From assembly GCA_001938485.1 (NCBI GenBank), contig MQRK01170873.1, forward strand, positions 14,585 through 64,004: DNA of 49,420 bases, in the 5' to 3' direction. The stretch comes from Girardia tigrina. Taxonomy: Eukaryota. Below the pieces are notes generated by a model. That model was not told the DNA's origin, did no database searches, and saw only the letters and a program-made list of their open reading frames with translations. A program made the translations under genes and the position numbers. Shown piece after piece: positions 34,546 through 48,200 of the stretch (positions are counted from its first letter, which is position 1; each line of letters opens with the position of its first letter).

Positions 34546-36759
34546 GATTAACGCAAACAACTTTTTTGTGATAATTATTTTTCCTTTGAAATATTTTTAT
34601 TCTGCCAATATAAATTATTTTCCTTATTCAAGTACTTATTATTATATTAATATTTTTTCTTTTAATTTTGCTTTTACATCAAAATAAAATAAAACGTCAG
34701 TCTTTGACGAAAGCATCAATGAAACATTTTGAAGACATATTAATCTTAAAAAAAAGTCTTATGGTTTGATTATCTAATATATCGAGTATGTGAATGTTAT
34801 TTTTTATTTGTATTTTATTTTTTTGTATTTATTTTAAATTATTTTTGAAGAGAGCAATTTTTTGACCATCGAATAAGAAATAATGCCAGAAACAAGTGTA
34901 CTTTGTGTCAACGGTAGACGAAAGAATAAATAAAATAAATAAGTTAGTTCAATATGTTATAGATACATAAAAAAAGTTAAAATCGAATTCAAATTAAATT
35001 TTCATATAAAACAAATATCGAAATAATTAAGAAATAATTAATAATGAAAATTTAAAATTAAAATTAAAAAATATTATCGCTATGGGATATTTAAAGGCAG
35101 AATTAATAATAATTATATTCGAAATTATATCCTTATCAATTTTAACACAAAATAGCTACCTATCAACTTCAGAAAAGATTCACAGTCAAGCAAAAACATA
35201 CAAGAATGTTTACCGTTCAGCTGTGATTTTATTGTTTTCTTGCATAGAAGTTATTTTATCGATTAATATTTCTATTGCGTTGTCAAAATAAGTTTGAAAA
35301 TATTAGAACCAAAAATTATATATATCTGTAAAGTCTCACTGAGTTCTGATTATTCAATAAAGATGCGTGTTGTTTACCAGTCGTATGTTGACTGTGATAT
35401 GTGATCGATGATTTCAACACCCTTTACATGTAGGCCTAGACATATGTGTCATGTCTTGTTTTATTTTTTTTATTTATTACAACCCAAAACATAAAGAGCT
35501 AGAAGGATTCCTCAAACAACTGAAACAATATTCAAAAAAAAAATCATTAAGGGATGTTATGAATTTCATGATAAACAAGTGAGCATTCATATTATTCCAA
35601 GTGATACATCGATATACTTCGTGGAAAAAACAATTTAACAGTATTATGTGAGTTTTACCCATCTGATGTAATTAGAAGAAATTTAATTAGCGAAATTTTA
35701 TTTGAATCTAATTACTCTTATTCTCGTGTTTCCCTATTACATATCTTTATTGATAAAATAAATCCTCATTATCCAACAATTTGTGTAACCGGTGGTCATC
35801 GAATGTTTTTATATGTCAAAAAAATGTTATAAACCCTTTGGAAATTATAGTCTCACAATAAAACCAAATGTATCCATTGGTTTATATATTTAATATACCA
35901 TCTAATAAAATAAAAAAATCAATAAAAAATTTAGAATCAATAAACAATAATAACTAATTACCACGAATTCAGAAGACGGATCTCTCGTTGGGAAAATTAT
36001 CGTTTCTAATTAAACCTGCTCCGTTTGTTATAAAACAACAAAAGACAATTCCAAATTCAACTAAAAAAAAACTTGTCTATTCTGAATCATTCTCATTTGT
36101 CCGTTTCCTATTCCGGCAACCTATCAAATCCGATCCATTCAAAAAAAAAACAACTGGAATACTCACTGTCCCAAACTAGGGAAACACGTAGGAGTCTCTC
36201 TACACCGTAGTAGACTCTGAAGTAACTAACGGTATTATTTTTTGATTGTTTCTCGAAGCCAATTTCTTTTTTTTGTGATCAACTTTAATTACCTTCTTTT
36301 TATAATACTTTCTGTTTGATAGTTATCAATATAATAATTGTTGTTATAATTGTATTATTTTGGTGGTTTTATAAACACATCAGTCAAACACAGCTTGTAA
36401 ACAATCAGTAATTATACTAGTAATATCTTCTTTGAACAGTAATAAAAGCCGTGTTTTAGCACCTCAGTTGAAACACAGTTTTTATAATATCAAACAAATT
36501 AACCACCAGTTTATTATGAAATTTCAATTTATAACTTCTTTCATTCCAAAGTAATTTGGTTTTCTTATTATTTCTTTTCTTGTGTATAGTTAATTGTTAA
36601 TATAATTTCATTATATAATCTTAATTTATTCTTTATTTTTTCTTGTTTGGTAAAAGGGGGTTTATAAATAAATATATACATGGAAAAAATTTATTTATAA
36701 ACATAGTTTTTCGAGATTTAGTTTTAGTGCTTTCTGGCACGTCTGTTTAATTGGGGAAT

Positions 36760-37545
36760 TAAGCGGGGATCACTGGGACATCGGGTTTCATGCCAGGACT
36801 GAGAGAGGCCCACTATTGCGATCGTTCATCTTTTTGGTAATCAAGACCAATCAGGTGTTGAAGCAAATATTGAGCCGATTAATATTGAGTTATGACTCGA
36901 GAGATCCATCATACATAAAAATGAGGTCCCTACCTCCACCATACAAAGCCGTACCATCCTAGTAAACATACTAGAATGGGGTAAGTGATCCTCAATTAAG
37001 TGCCTCTGTCATAACGGACAGTATCCACAACAGGGAACACACTGATGTGGGGTCGAGGAACCTTATATAAACCATCATAAACACTGATCTCTTTGCCAAT
37101 ATGAATCCTCAATATCATCCATAAGACTTTACCACAAACCATGATCAGCCCCAAAGACAGAGTCAGCGTCACAATCATCAAAGATTGCCCCCTCTTGCAC
37201 CGTCTCCATCGTGGCTGTTGGGTTGTGGATCTCGTCATCGAATGTGTGTACGTTTCGTCTCTCCCGCGGGTCCTCGAATGCCGCCCATTGTCTCTGGCTT
37301 CATCGGATATTGGACTCCGCACAGGTGTTCGCGATCGATTTGATTCTATGTCATAAATTTAAACCATTCAGGAAAGTTTCATTGTTGGGCATCTGTTGTA
37401 TCTCAGCAGAGGTTCTTTTATTATTTGAATTTGAAATCGGATCGAATTGATTTTGAGAAAAATCTTCACCGGTTAAGACTGCTGGTTGTATCGCACCGCT
37501 ACTGATTTGAGTTAGATTTTTGAAGAACTGTTGTGACACAAAACA
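36760..37545 (-). pseudogene. Unidentified decayed ORF with acidic segment and Cys cluster
   Basis: The frame of ORF 37351-37539 continues through several stops: ...QWAAFEDPRERR...IFDDCDADSVFGADH...HQCVPCCGYCP. Confidence 0.35.
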
Positions 37546-38149
37546 TGTATCCTCTTTTTTTTCGAATTCAAATATTTATTCAGTTTGAAAAAGTGTGATT
37601 GATATTCACTATTTTCAAATCACACACACAAACTTGATTTGAGCCAATCAAATCACAATTCACTCTGTCCAATTAGTATGACACAATCATACCAATTTCA
37701 CCAAACACACAAAAAAAGAAAAAATGAGGCTCACCATCACATTAACAAAAACACTCTAATGACAACGAAAACGATTTTTTAATCGGTTTACCTCGAGATC
37801 AATTAAAACGTAAATTATGAAAATGTTGTAGATGTAATAACTGTCAGTGAGGAATCGTCAATTGATGTACTTTGTGATTCACGCACTGAAACTGAATTGA
37901 ATGGTAGAAGCATCAATTCTTGATCTGACTTAATTCTTACATTTATTTGTCACTTGGTTTTACAGCAATCATCACAAAACCATATGAACGTGATGATCAT
38001 ATGTATATTTATTTATATATATACATATATATATATATTTAATTTAATTAATTTAATTTTTATTTTTAATTAGTTTTAATCAATTATTTTAATTAAATTA
38101 TTTTATTTTTAACAAATGGGTTCAAAAAAAATGAGTAAAAATGGAATCG

Positions 38150-38750
38150 CAACGCGACCAGCATCCATGGATCAAGTGCACCAACAATGAAAGTATCTAA
38201 TATAACTGTAAACCCGCAACTTTCAATAATTTCCTCCAGAATATAAAAGTATTTGTCAACATTCCTGATTTCAGCGATCTCAAGATTGCGCATAGTATCG
38301 TAAGGACACTTGACACCAACAAGAAACAAAGTATTTTTATCTTCAAAGTAACCCTGCAGATCAACACGATCCGTTGAGGGGTAGTACTGGAATGTCTCAT
38401 TCACATGAAGAACTGTCCCAGAGTGCATCCTGGTTTCGGTTGCAACGATATCAAGCCCAGCATTGTCTTGCATTCCTGAAATTGTTCATTGGCATGCAAC
38501 CCACAATAACAAGCGCAAGAATTTTGTCATTGGAACAACCTCTGCGGCAGGATACGTGATAATCCATCCAGGGACGACACCTCAAAGGGATCGTGTATGA
38601 TCTGGTCTTATGGATAAATTCCCACTCAGCATTTGTAAGTCGACCAACATAGAGTGGTGAGGTTGAATATGCAGATTTAGATGGCAAGCGAATACCTTCC
38701 AGCATGTTTTTGCTTATCCCACTACCAAATATGAGTTCGAGATAAAATTA
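38150..38750 (-). mobile_element. RLE-type non-LTR retrotransposon (NeSL/Utopia/R2-like) C-terminus
   Basis: LTNAEWEFIHKTR...SCRRGC...(CCHC decayed)...GC, DRVDL, LVGVKCPYD, RNVDKY and FIVGALDPW correspond to the zinc knuckle and restriction-like endonuclease motifs. Confidence 0.88.
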
Positions 38751-39116
38751 CGAAGGGTTTTAGTAAGTGTTGCGGTCCGTTACAGATCCCTTACAAAACG
38801 TTAAGTATCAAACATATTACAGAAAGACCAAGAACGAAGACAATTAGATTTAATACATATATTTGAACGTATTATAAAATGATATACACTCATTACGACG
38901 TGGCACCCGTGGAACCCTTTGCGACCCCAAAGAACGGCATTGAGATGTTTTGGAGGCTGAAATAACCATGTAAATGAGAAAAAATAAGAAGCTATGTCAA
39001 AGCTTACCAGGTGGTCGAAATTGAACCGCAGATCTTCTCCGTGTAGATTTGGATGAGAACCATCGATGACGGAAAGCCGCATCTCCGTATGACCTTTAGA
39101 TGAGAAGATATACCCC

Positions 39117-39815
39117 TGTTGAAATAATAGAATTAATTAACAAATATAATAATTAATTAATAGATTTACGTGAGTCAACAAAAAGTCCATAAGAATCATC
39201 GCGTGATTATTCACGATGATTAACCCGTGAATCACGAGCCACATGTCATCAGCAACCTGCAAGCACACAATTACCAATTCCTATAATGAACCAAAATTAC
39301 TTGAAAAATTTTGGAGGCACACGGACGAGTACACCCCGACAATGCCAATAACTGACCAACCAGTGTTGGTCAAAATGGCTCGTTGGCGGATTGTGATTGG
39401 AGACGACAAAGCAGAGGCATGTTGGAACTCTAATATAAAAGCCGCGGATAATTCCAGAAACGAACACACTACACTACGACGATAAGACAAAAGACAATAT
39501 TACCGCAACACAATAAGCTCTTGGAAAACCAAAACTCTTGAGATACCAAAACAAAAAACAACCGACGCGAGAATCTGCAGGTCACGATCGATAAAAAATT
39601 CCGACACGAGATTGCACGGAGATAGAGAGAAGACAATCGAGCGACCGCAAATCGAGAACCGATATCGAGACCGACATTTCGAATCCCGACGTGTCAACAG
39701 ACGAAATCCGAGTACCGTGAAATCATTCTTAAAGACCCGCCTCCGGATTCCATCATCATTGTAAATTTTATTGTATTGTATATCGATTTCTGAAAAATGA
39801 ATATATTTTATAACG
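39117..39815 (+). repeat. Possible solo LTR
   Basis: Begins TGTTGAAAT, contains CCAAT/ATTGG boxes and TATAAAA (~39435), then a strand-skewed A/C-rich R/U5-like tract ending ...TTATAACG. No TSD is seen. Confidence 0.3.
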
Positions 39816-39834
39816 ATGTTTTATTGTTATTTAA

Positions 39835-40470
39835 TTATACCTAACCTTAATTTTCTCATCGCTATCTTCCGAATACGCCTGCAATGATGTTGCCTGACGT
39901 GATTCATCGTGCCTCTGTTTATACTTCTCTCCACTTCCTCGACGTATTATTCGTTCTTCCAGTCGTTCAGTTTCCTCTTTATCAATTGAGTCAATGTACA
40001 TATTACGGTAACTTTTTGGTCTAACCAAAAGCCCCATTACTTACTTTCACAGAGCAACTGTGACTTGCTAGCTCTCTTATACCACGGTTTACATATTTAC
40101 AAGTTCAAATATTAAACACTTTTTCAAATGTATTTAGTTGATTTTGATATGTGGATGAATTGCACTTTTCAGAAACATATTTGCGTAACTTTTTCACTTC
40201 AGAAATCACTTTTTTCATGCTTTTGAGAATCCTATTAAATCAAATCGTTACCAATCCTGCTTTTTCTAAATTATGTACTAAATTATTAGTCAAAATCTTA
40301 CAGATATATCGGACAGATTGTGGAACATTTAGTATTTTTCACACAGGTAATGTTTGAAAACTTCGGCTTTTGTTGGTAATTGATTATCTGAAAATTCAAT
40401 CGGTTGACCAAATATACATTGCTCTGTAACACATCTGGTGAGAAAATTCCTTGTCTTTAAATCCATTATT
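39835..40470 (-). pseudogene. Decayed ORF resembling the N-terminus of a DNA-transposase family
   Basis: CIFGQPIEFSDNQLPTKAEVFKHYL...KAGLVTI...FEKVFNI*TCK. The LPT..V / KA / LFDI..C pattern is recalled from transposase-derived proteins; the superfamily is not assignable. Confidence 0.35.
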
Positions 40471-41074
40471 GACTCTAAAATGTTAAATTAGTAAAATAAT
40501 CTATCAAAATCAACCAAGGCTGATTACTTAATTGACTCTGAGATTATTTTGATATAATTATTCACAAAATATGTTTTATATATAAATGAAATAAATAAAT
40601 TAATCTAATTTTATATAAAAAATTTATATAAATATTTAACAGACAGATTAAAACGAAGAATATAACGTAAATCACAAAAAAAGAAATGAGTCAAATAGGT
40701 TGAGTAACAACAATAATAATTAAATTACTTCAAAACGCAAATTTCTCAAAGTATGTAACAGTCGAAGGAAAATAACGATTGATTATTTATTTTGTTTTTA
40801 TTTGGAGTAAAATTATCTCTTCTTCATGTGATTTAATGTTTCACGCAAAAATTTCTTTACATAATAAAAATGATTTTCATTTTATTTATAGTTTTGGTGT
40901 TCGAAAAACATTAACCATATTGTTTAAATAAACTAACAAAAATAATTTGGCGTAACACTTTTTTGAAAAAATAAAATCTATTTATTATAATATTTATGCC
41001 TATCGGCTTTTGTTGATCGTCTTTGTTATGTATTTATTTCCACCTGATTTTCGTTGTTTCCAATTTGTAATTTT

Positions 41075-41320
41075 TCGGATCATCAATTTTCATTTCGTAC
41101 TCGGATGAAATCGGTCCGGCCAGATCTACCGCCGCATCATTCGGCGGATCGGCATCCGTATGATCCACTTAGACTTATCTAGTTGACCTTCAACCGACGC
41201 GACGCCGCCGTTAAACCGACATGCCGATCTTTCCGGGTACCGAGTCCCGGCACATTAAAGAGATACTGTTCACCACAGCTCGATCCGGTGGCCAGCACTC
41301 AATAGTAAATATTTTTTCAG
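41075..41320 (+). pseudogene. Unidentified GC-rich family (copy B)
   Basis: RHIKEILFTTARSGGQH. 41/52 nt identity (41247-41298) with the reverse complement of 42549-42600. Confidence 0.55.
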
Positions 41321-41329
41321 TAGTCAATA

Positions 41330-42124
41330 AGTTTGTTCGACAATGATAAAAATATTTGGTGAAGAAAACGTATAACAGTTTCTGTTTACAGACTCAAAAT
41401 AACAATCGTGCAACAAAACTGGTACTATTAATATAATTCACGATTAGGTATGATGATTCTGAGGAATTAACTGTTCTAACTCATCAGGAGACACTTGAAC
41501 CACTGCAAAAAGCACAGCGCTTCTTAGTGACTCACTTTGTTTTTAGTGAATATCATCTCCATGTTGTTGAGTGAAGATGTATTGCTCCAATTCGTAAAAA
41601 AAACAGACCACCAAAAATAACTGAATTCTTTCACACAAGGGAATAATATGCAAAAAGATATGAATGAATGCTGTAATATTGTGGTTAACCTTGAACAAAT
41701 AATATATTATTTGTATATTTTTATAATTTGTGTAAATATTTTTAAATTATAAAAATATTTATGATATATTTAAAATTTCATTCTCACAATAGAGAAATAT
41801 TTTACCGTCTAAAGCTCACAAATTTTCTCGGAAGAAAAACAAAAGCATATTGATAAATCTTAATTAGAAAATAGAATTTGTCCCCTGAGATAAATATAAA
41901 AGATTAAATTTTTAACCTTGTTTATTTGATGTTATTTTTGTACATTTGATGTTATTTAGTAGTTTATCTAAGTAGTTTTATTTAATATATGTCTTGTTAA
42001 CGTTAATTTCTGTCTTTCTTTCGCTATTTGAGAATGATTCCAAATAATTTGTGTAATCTGGAATTCGTCTAATCAGAATAAATTATTACGGTACCCAGAC
42101 ATCCGGATTATGCGATTTCGACTG
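41330..42124 (+). mobile_element. pogo/Tigger-like element 3' end
   Basis: DDSEELTVLTHQETLEPLQKAQRFL...KKNRPPKITEFF (Tigger-type C-terminus) and the terminus GATTATGCGATTTCGACTG|TA. Confidence 0.65.
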
Positions 42125-42544
42125 TAAATGATAAAATTTCTAATTTTAATTTATAATTAAAAATAATGATTTAAAAAAATACTGTTATATTCTACGAATT
42201 CTACCTCAAATAATTCGTGCTGATGACACTCGGTAATATATTCTTCGAAATCTTTCTTCTCTAAATTAAATAATTTAAGTCTTCTCCAGCAATTTCTTCT
42301 TCGAATTGACAATTTAGAACTCCTGAATTGATTTTTTGATTGTGCACTGCTATTTTCTCAGTGCTTTCTTTTATATTTTTTAAACTTCATAGGTTGTACC
42401 TACTTATATCTATTCTTAGATTTAAAATTGATATTTTTTGCTGGTCTAGATTTGGCATTTAAAATTTATTTTCTTGCTCCTTTTTAATCTTTCTTCTTTT
42501 TTTTTAAATAACATTTCCTTTTTAAAAATAAGTAATAATATAAT

Positions 42545-42890
42545 TGAAGTGCTAGTCTCCGGATCGAGTTGTGGAAACCAGCACCTCTTCAATGTGCTGG
42601 AAATTTTCGTTCTACGGGACGGATTAGCCGGTCTAGTGCCGACCAGAATTTGATTGGACCCGACCAGTACCCTTCGGAATACCGCTAAATAACGGTCTCT
42701 CGTCCAAATCGCCGCGTCTTTCCAGACCACGTTCCCGTCTCTGTTAACGCCGATATCGCTCTGTTCATCGACACGCGGCCCGAGTGCGTGGTCGGTGAGG
42801 TTGTGGGGATCCGCCATGCGTCGCTAAATTGTGTGAGGCGATGGTGCATGTGATCTGACTGATTGAGGCCGCTTCCGCACAGTGCGGTTC
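42545..42890 (-). pseudogene. Unidentified GC-rich family (copy C)
   Basis: AAIWTRDRYLAV and, after a frameshift, QHIEEVLVSTTRSGD*H. Confidence 0.55.
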
Positions 42891-43989
42891 GAATAATTAT
42901 TCATTATTACTTCAAAAGATAAAAAATAACGATTTAACACATATATTTTGCCGTGAACCACGATTCGAATTTTTCACACAATTTTTCCTTTTATTAGTTC
43001 GATAAAACAAATGTGTTTTGTTAATTTTCACGAGCCCCACAATAATGTAAATGAATAACATGTGCTGGAGTAAATAATAATTTCATATGATTTACTATAA
43101 AAATAAAAATAAACTTAATTTCATAAGAAAAATATATATTGAAAGATAACATAATATTTACATATACAAACATTTTACATAGTAAATGAAGTAATATATT
43201 TATAGTATATTTAATTAATTATTCAGATTACTAAAAGTAATTATCATTATTTTAAAAATTAAAAAAAATTTAATTTCAGACGAGGCGTTTTTTGGTGGTT
43301 TTTTGAAGTCGCAAAAGTTTTTTTTACAAATTGAAATTGTGAAAATTTATTCATTTATCGACAATAATTAAATTTATATATTAAAACTAAACGAAAAACA
43401 AATATTTCACAAAATTGGAATTAATCATTTCAACAACAAAGTCTTCGTTCTCTTTTCTCTTTCTCCCTTTATAAACTTATCCATGTCCAACAAGAATGAT
43501 GTTGAGTCTTTCTCAAGCTGATAAATCTTTTATTTTTAACTCTTCTGTGTTAGGGATATGTTATTATGCTATTATGTTTTTTATGTTTTGTTTGTGTGTT
43601 ATTTTTTTATTTTTTTATGATAAATATATCTATCATTTCTAATAAATCATTTCGTTCATTTCTATCATTTCTATTATTTCGTTAATAAAGATTTTGATTT
43701 TTATATAACATGAAGCTGTTATATAAACTTGTGTACATGTAAAACCTCTCTATAAAGTTCCCTCTTTATAAGATCTATTTCTCTATAAGGAACAATCTTT
43801 GGATTACTTTATGATTATAACTGGTAAACATGGATAACAAAAATCATATTTAAGCGTTATTTTGATGTGTTGCGGTCAAAATTTGAGTTCACAAAAATAG
43901 GTATACATAAATATAATAATAAAAGTAAATTAATAAGAGTGAACCAAGAAAAAGTATAAGGAAATACATATATTATTACGAACAAATAC

Positions 43990-44860
43990 CGAATGTTGGA
44001 GAAGTGGCGTGCCCATAGAGAGATCGGAGGCTAGAAGTGTCGTGTTGAGAGGCCGGAGGAGTTCTGAGAGGGTCTGTGAGCTAAAAAACGAGAAATAAAT
44101 TAATTAAAAGCCAGACACAAAACAACAAATTACCTGTAGGGCAATCCAGAAGACCTTCGGGGCCCGCCGACCCTTCAGCGGAAGGTCTTGATGAGGCCGT
44201 TGATTGAAGCCCGCCCCCGAGTCGATACGACTCTCCCAGCAGAGATACATCCCTGTAAAGTTGAAAGATATTAATTAGAAAGTACAAAAAATTAATTAAA
44301 AAACTCACATGATTCAGCCCACAGTCCAAAATTAGAATCGCGGCCTCAGATGACCGCACACTGGCATTATTACCGCGTAGGGGTGCAGCCGACACACAAT
44401 CACCAGATCCTATAATAAAAATAAAAATTATAAAAATTTCAAAAATCTAAAACAACACACTTACACTGTCAACCAACCGGCGANNNNNNNNNNNNNNNNN
44501 NNNNNNNNNNNNNNNNNNNNNNNNNNNNNNNNNTAGGGGTGCAGCCGACACACAATCACCAGATCCTATAATAAAAATAAAAATTATAAAAATTTCAAAA
44601 ATCTAAAACAACACACTTACACTGTCAACCAACCGGCGATCCAGAAAACTAGGCCGGCTCAGCGATTGGTGAAACCAAGACCCCGTGTGCGTTCCTAAAA
44701 AATATAAAACAGCAATCATTTCGATGACAATCACACAAGTTTTATCACATTTAAATCACAAACATTCAAGACCGAAAAAGACTTACCCCGAGCATAGACG
44801 ACAAGAGAACTTAACTTTCGACCGCATATCCACATTTCTTCGGAGCAGGTTACATTCTTA
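43990..44860 (-). other. Five-exon spliced transcription unit with GC-rich exons and no long ORF
   Basis: Canonical GT-AG AT-rich introns at 44695-44786 (GTAAGT), 44566-44620 (GTAAGT; duplicated at 44410-44464), 44253-44308 (GTGAGT) and 44081-44133 (GTAATT). Confidence 0.7.
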
Positions 44861-45044
44861 ATGTAAATTTTATTATTTTAGTGTCGATTTTGTTAGTATT
44901 TAATAAAATAATTCTAATGATTTTATATTGTTATTCTTAGAATTTTATTGAATAGTTAGTTTATATATAGATAAGAATTAATTACTTTCGACCAACCCAT
45001 AAGTAAGTAGTAGTTCGTCGTCAATCGTCGCCGTCCCTCCCGAC

Positions 45045-45215
45045 ATGTCTCAGTTTTCGGTGAATGAGAGCGCGTCATCTGAGAATAACGACGAGCAGCC
45101 GCTCCTCATTGTTGATGTGAGATCCATCTCGAAGATCGAGTTTGCCGCCGGTCATCACGAAGTGTCGTGGTGTGACGATTGGGAGTCGCAGACATCGCTT
45201 TACCGAACCATATAG
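45045..45215 (+). CDS. 56-aa ORF with weak chromodomain-like pattern
   Basis: VDVRSISKIEFAAGHHEVSWCDDWESQTSL resembles V..I.......Y.V.W...WEP...L. Confidence 0.25.
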   Translation: MSQFSVNESASSENNDEQPLLIVDVRSISKIEFAAGHHEVSWCDDWESQTSLYRTI

Positions 45216-48200
45216 ATATGATTACAGTCCGAATTTGATTTACCAACATTAACAAGTGACCCCATTGATGAGTTAAAACAAAAGGGGCTTTTACTAGTTT
45301 TGATTTTAGTTTTATTTGAGTTAAATTATTATTTATTGAAATAAATTTATTAACAATTTTATTACTATTTTATAAGGGATGGCGTGTAATTTATTAATCG
45401 ATTTTTTTTCTTTCTTAAAAAACATCTAGATTATTCGCGAGTTTAANNNNNNNNNNNNNNNNNNNNNNNNNNNNNNNNNNNNNNNNNNNNNNNNNNAAAA
45501 AACATCTAGATTATTCGCGAGTTTAATTTTGATCTGGATCTTTTATTCAATCGTACGAGTTAAAATGTAAACTCAGTCTAGTTATTTAAAAAACCTAATT
45601 TCAAGTTTAAGGAATCACCGGATTCAGTTGAGTTTTATTATCGATTGAATTTTAGTATTTATGAATTTTACTAAATTTAATAGTGATCAATTCCAACGAC
45701 TTTAGTGAAATATGGTTAATATCACTTATGAATTTTACTGAAATTAATAATAATTAGTTCTAATGACTTTATAANNNNNNNNNNNNNNNNNNNNNNNNNN
45801 NNNNNNNNNNNNNNNNNNNNNNNNATTATTTATTGAAATAAATTTATTAACAATTTTATTACTATTTTATAAGGGATGGCGTGTAATTTATTAATCGATT
45901 TTTTTTCTTTCTTAAAAAACATCTAGATTATTCGCGAGTTTAATTTTGATCTGGATCTTTTATTCAATCGTACGAGTTAAAATGTAAACTCAGTCTAGTT
46001 ATTTAAAAAANNNNNNNNNNNNNNNNNNNNNNNNNNNNNNNNNNNNNNNNNNNNNNNNNNNNNNNNNNNNNNNNNNNNNNNNNNNNNNNNNNNNNNNNNN
46101 NNNNNNNNNNNNNNNNNNNNNNNNNNNNNNNNNNNNNNNNNNNNNNNNNNNNNNNNNNNNNNNNNNNNNNNNNNNNNNNNNNNNNNNNNNNNNNNNNNNN
46201 NNNNNNNNNNNNNNNNNNNNNNNNNNNNNNNNNNNNNNNNNNNNNNNNNNNNNNNNNNNNNNNNNNNNNNNNNNNNNNNNNNNNNNNNNNNNNNNNNNNN
46301 GCACAAAATAAGTCGACGTAAGCGAACTTATGAGGCAATTTAGAGTAGAATCTTGTAGTATAATCCGATAGAATGCTTCCGATAATATTATAGATCAATA
46401 AATTTTGTAAGTTAAGAAATACAAATTTATCGATCCAAGGTTTCTTTTATATTAGGTACAAAGCCACCAATTCGAATTATTATTATGGAATTATTAGAGT
46501 GAGGATTAAATTAAGGTTGGCTTGGAAATAAGTGTACGATGGTANNNNNNNNNNNNNNNNNNNNNNNNNNNNNNNNNNNNNNNNCTCAGGTCCGATATTA
46601 AGAATTTTTGGGTGATTAAATTCTAGTAACAACAGTAAGACCGCGTTGCTTAGTAACTGTCGAACTAGTTCAGGGAAATTGTCGAAACATACAGTGCCAC
46701 AAGCTAATATAGACACAACAGTCAAGCGCATTAAGTCTCATGCAGATATAACACTGCCATAAGTTAATTCTACATACCACACACGATAATGAAGTATAAA
46801 AAAGTAGAATCAAATAAAATCATCCCCGAGCGACACTCCGCTAGGTGGGGGGCCCTTAGCCCATCCCGTCTTTATCTGAACCCGAAGGTCCTTCAAACTC
46901 TTCACTACCAGGCAGATGTTGAGTGAGAAGAGACGTCCGACCCCAATTAGATAATAGGGTAAATTTATAAATAAATAAATTTAATACTTATGTATTTATA
47001 TTAAAATAACTTATTTATTATTTATAAGAAACCACAATGAAATGCGTGATCGCTAAGGTCTAGTGCATGAGAAATGCATGGATTGTGTTGAAAAAGAAAA
47101 GTGCGTAAATGGCGCACTCATTCATTCTTGCATGTTGTTTTGCGTAGAAATAAATCACAGTTACCGTGCTACACTGAAGCAATTATCTTAATAAATAAAG
47201 GAGCTACAAGAACCAACGTCTGTTACTTTTTAAGAATTCATTTAGGTGTGGTATTTTCTTTATATTAAATACTTTTTAAGAATTCATTTAGAATCTTTTT
47301 GCCGAATATTTGATTCAGTTTCACTATTATTAATTTGCATTTTATTAATAAATTTGAAAGGAAGAAGAAATCATAACCGTTATAAATCCGAAAATTTAAT
47401 TGTGGTTGTTAAATCATTTCTGTCATTTCATTTGTAGAAAAAATGTGTTTGGATGGTGATATTTTTTGTGTATTATTATTATTGTTTATTTTTATTGTTT
47501 GTTGTCATTTGATGTATGAGAGAGAAAAAAACGAGAATGAAAAAAAAGAAAGTTAAAGAAAAGAAAGTGAAAGTAAACAAAGCGAAAGAAAAGAAAGTGA
47601 AAGAAAATCCCATCCCTCCTCCAGTGACAAATTATAATAAATATTTTTTTAATTAAAGAATAAAATTTAAAAAAATCGATAAAACAATCGAAGAAATAAT
47701 TATAAGTAGCATAATTACTTATCGCTGGAGGAATCGCTTGTCAGTCAAATTTAGTTGGATTTCATTGCTGGATTTTTTCCCAACACTGTCTCAATCATGA
47801 CAAATCAACAGAACTAATTTTTTGACTGTCGCTTCTACTAATCATAAACACCATTTGTCATAAATTTTGCCTCATATTTATTTACGAAAAACTATTCAAA
47901 GAAAAGTTCTGTGATCTATTTCAATCGCCAGTTGATCTAGTAGATTATATTATTCATATTTCCGAGTTTAGGCTGTCGTGCTTAAAGGAAGCCCTCAAAC
48001 AAGGGTATTAATTATTTTATTAAATCGTTTTGTTACTATTATACTGTGGTCATATTACATTAGAAATTTCTATTTATCTACATTAACTGTAATTGTTATT
48101 TTTGTATTCTTTTGAATAATAATATATTAAAGGTTATAGACAATTATTTTTATTATTTTAACTAGTTAGGGATGAAAATACTTTTAGTCGACAATATTTC

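Noticed and set aside
42215-42260. CTGATGA...GAAA hammerhead-like spacing
   Set aside because: No stem II or stem I pairing can be formed.
44378-46010. Direct duplications (44378-44483 vs 44534-44639; 45330-45446, 45497-45600 and 45825-46010)
   Set aside because: Exact copies flank N-gaps, so they are most likely unmerged contig overlaps rather than biological tandem repeats.
45995-46398. ORFs spanning poly-X
   Set aside because: Artefacts of N-gaps.
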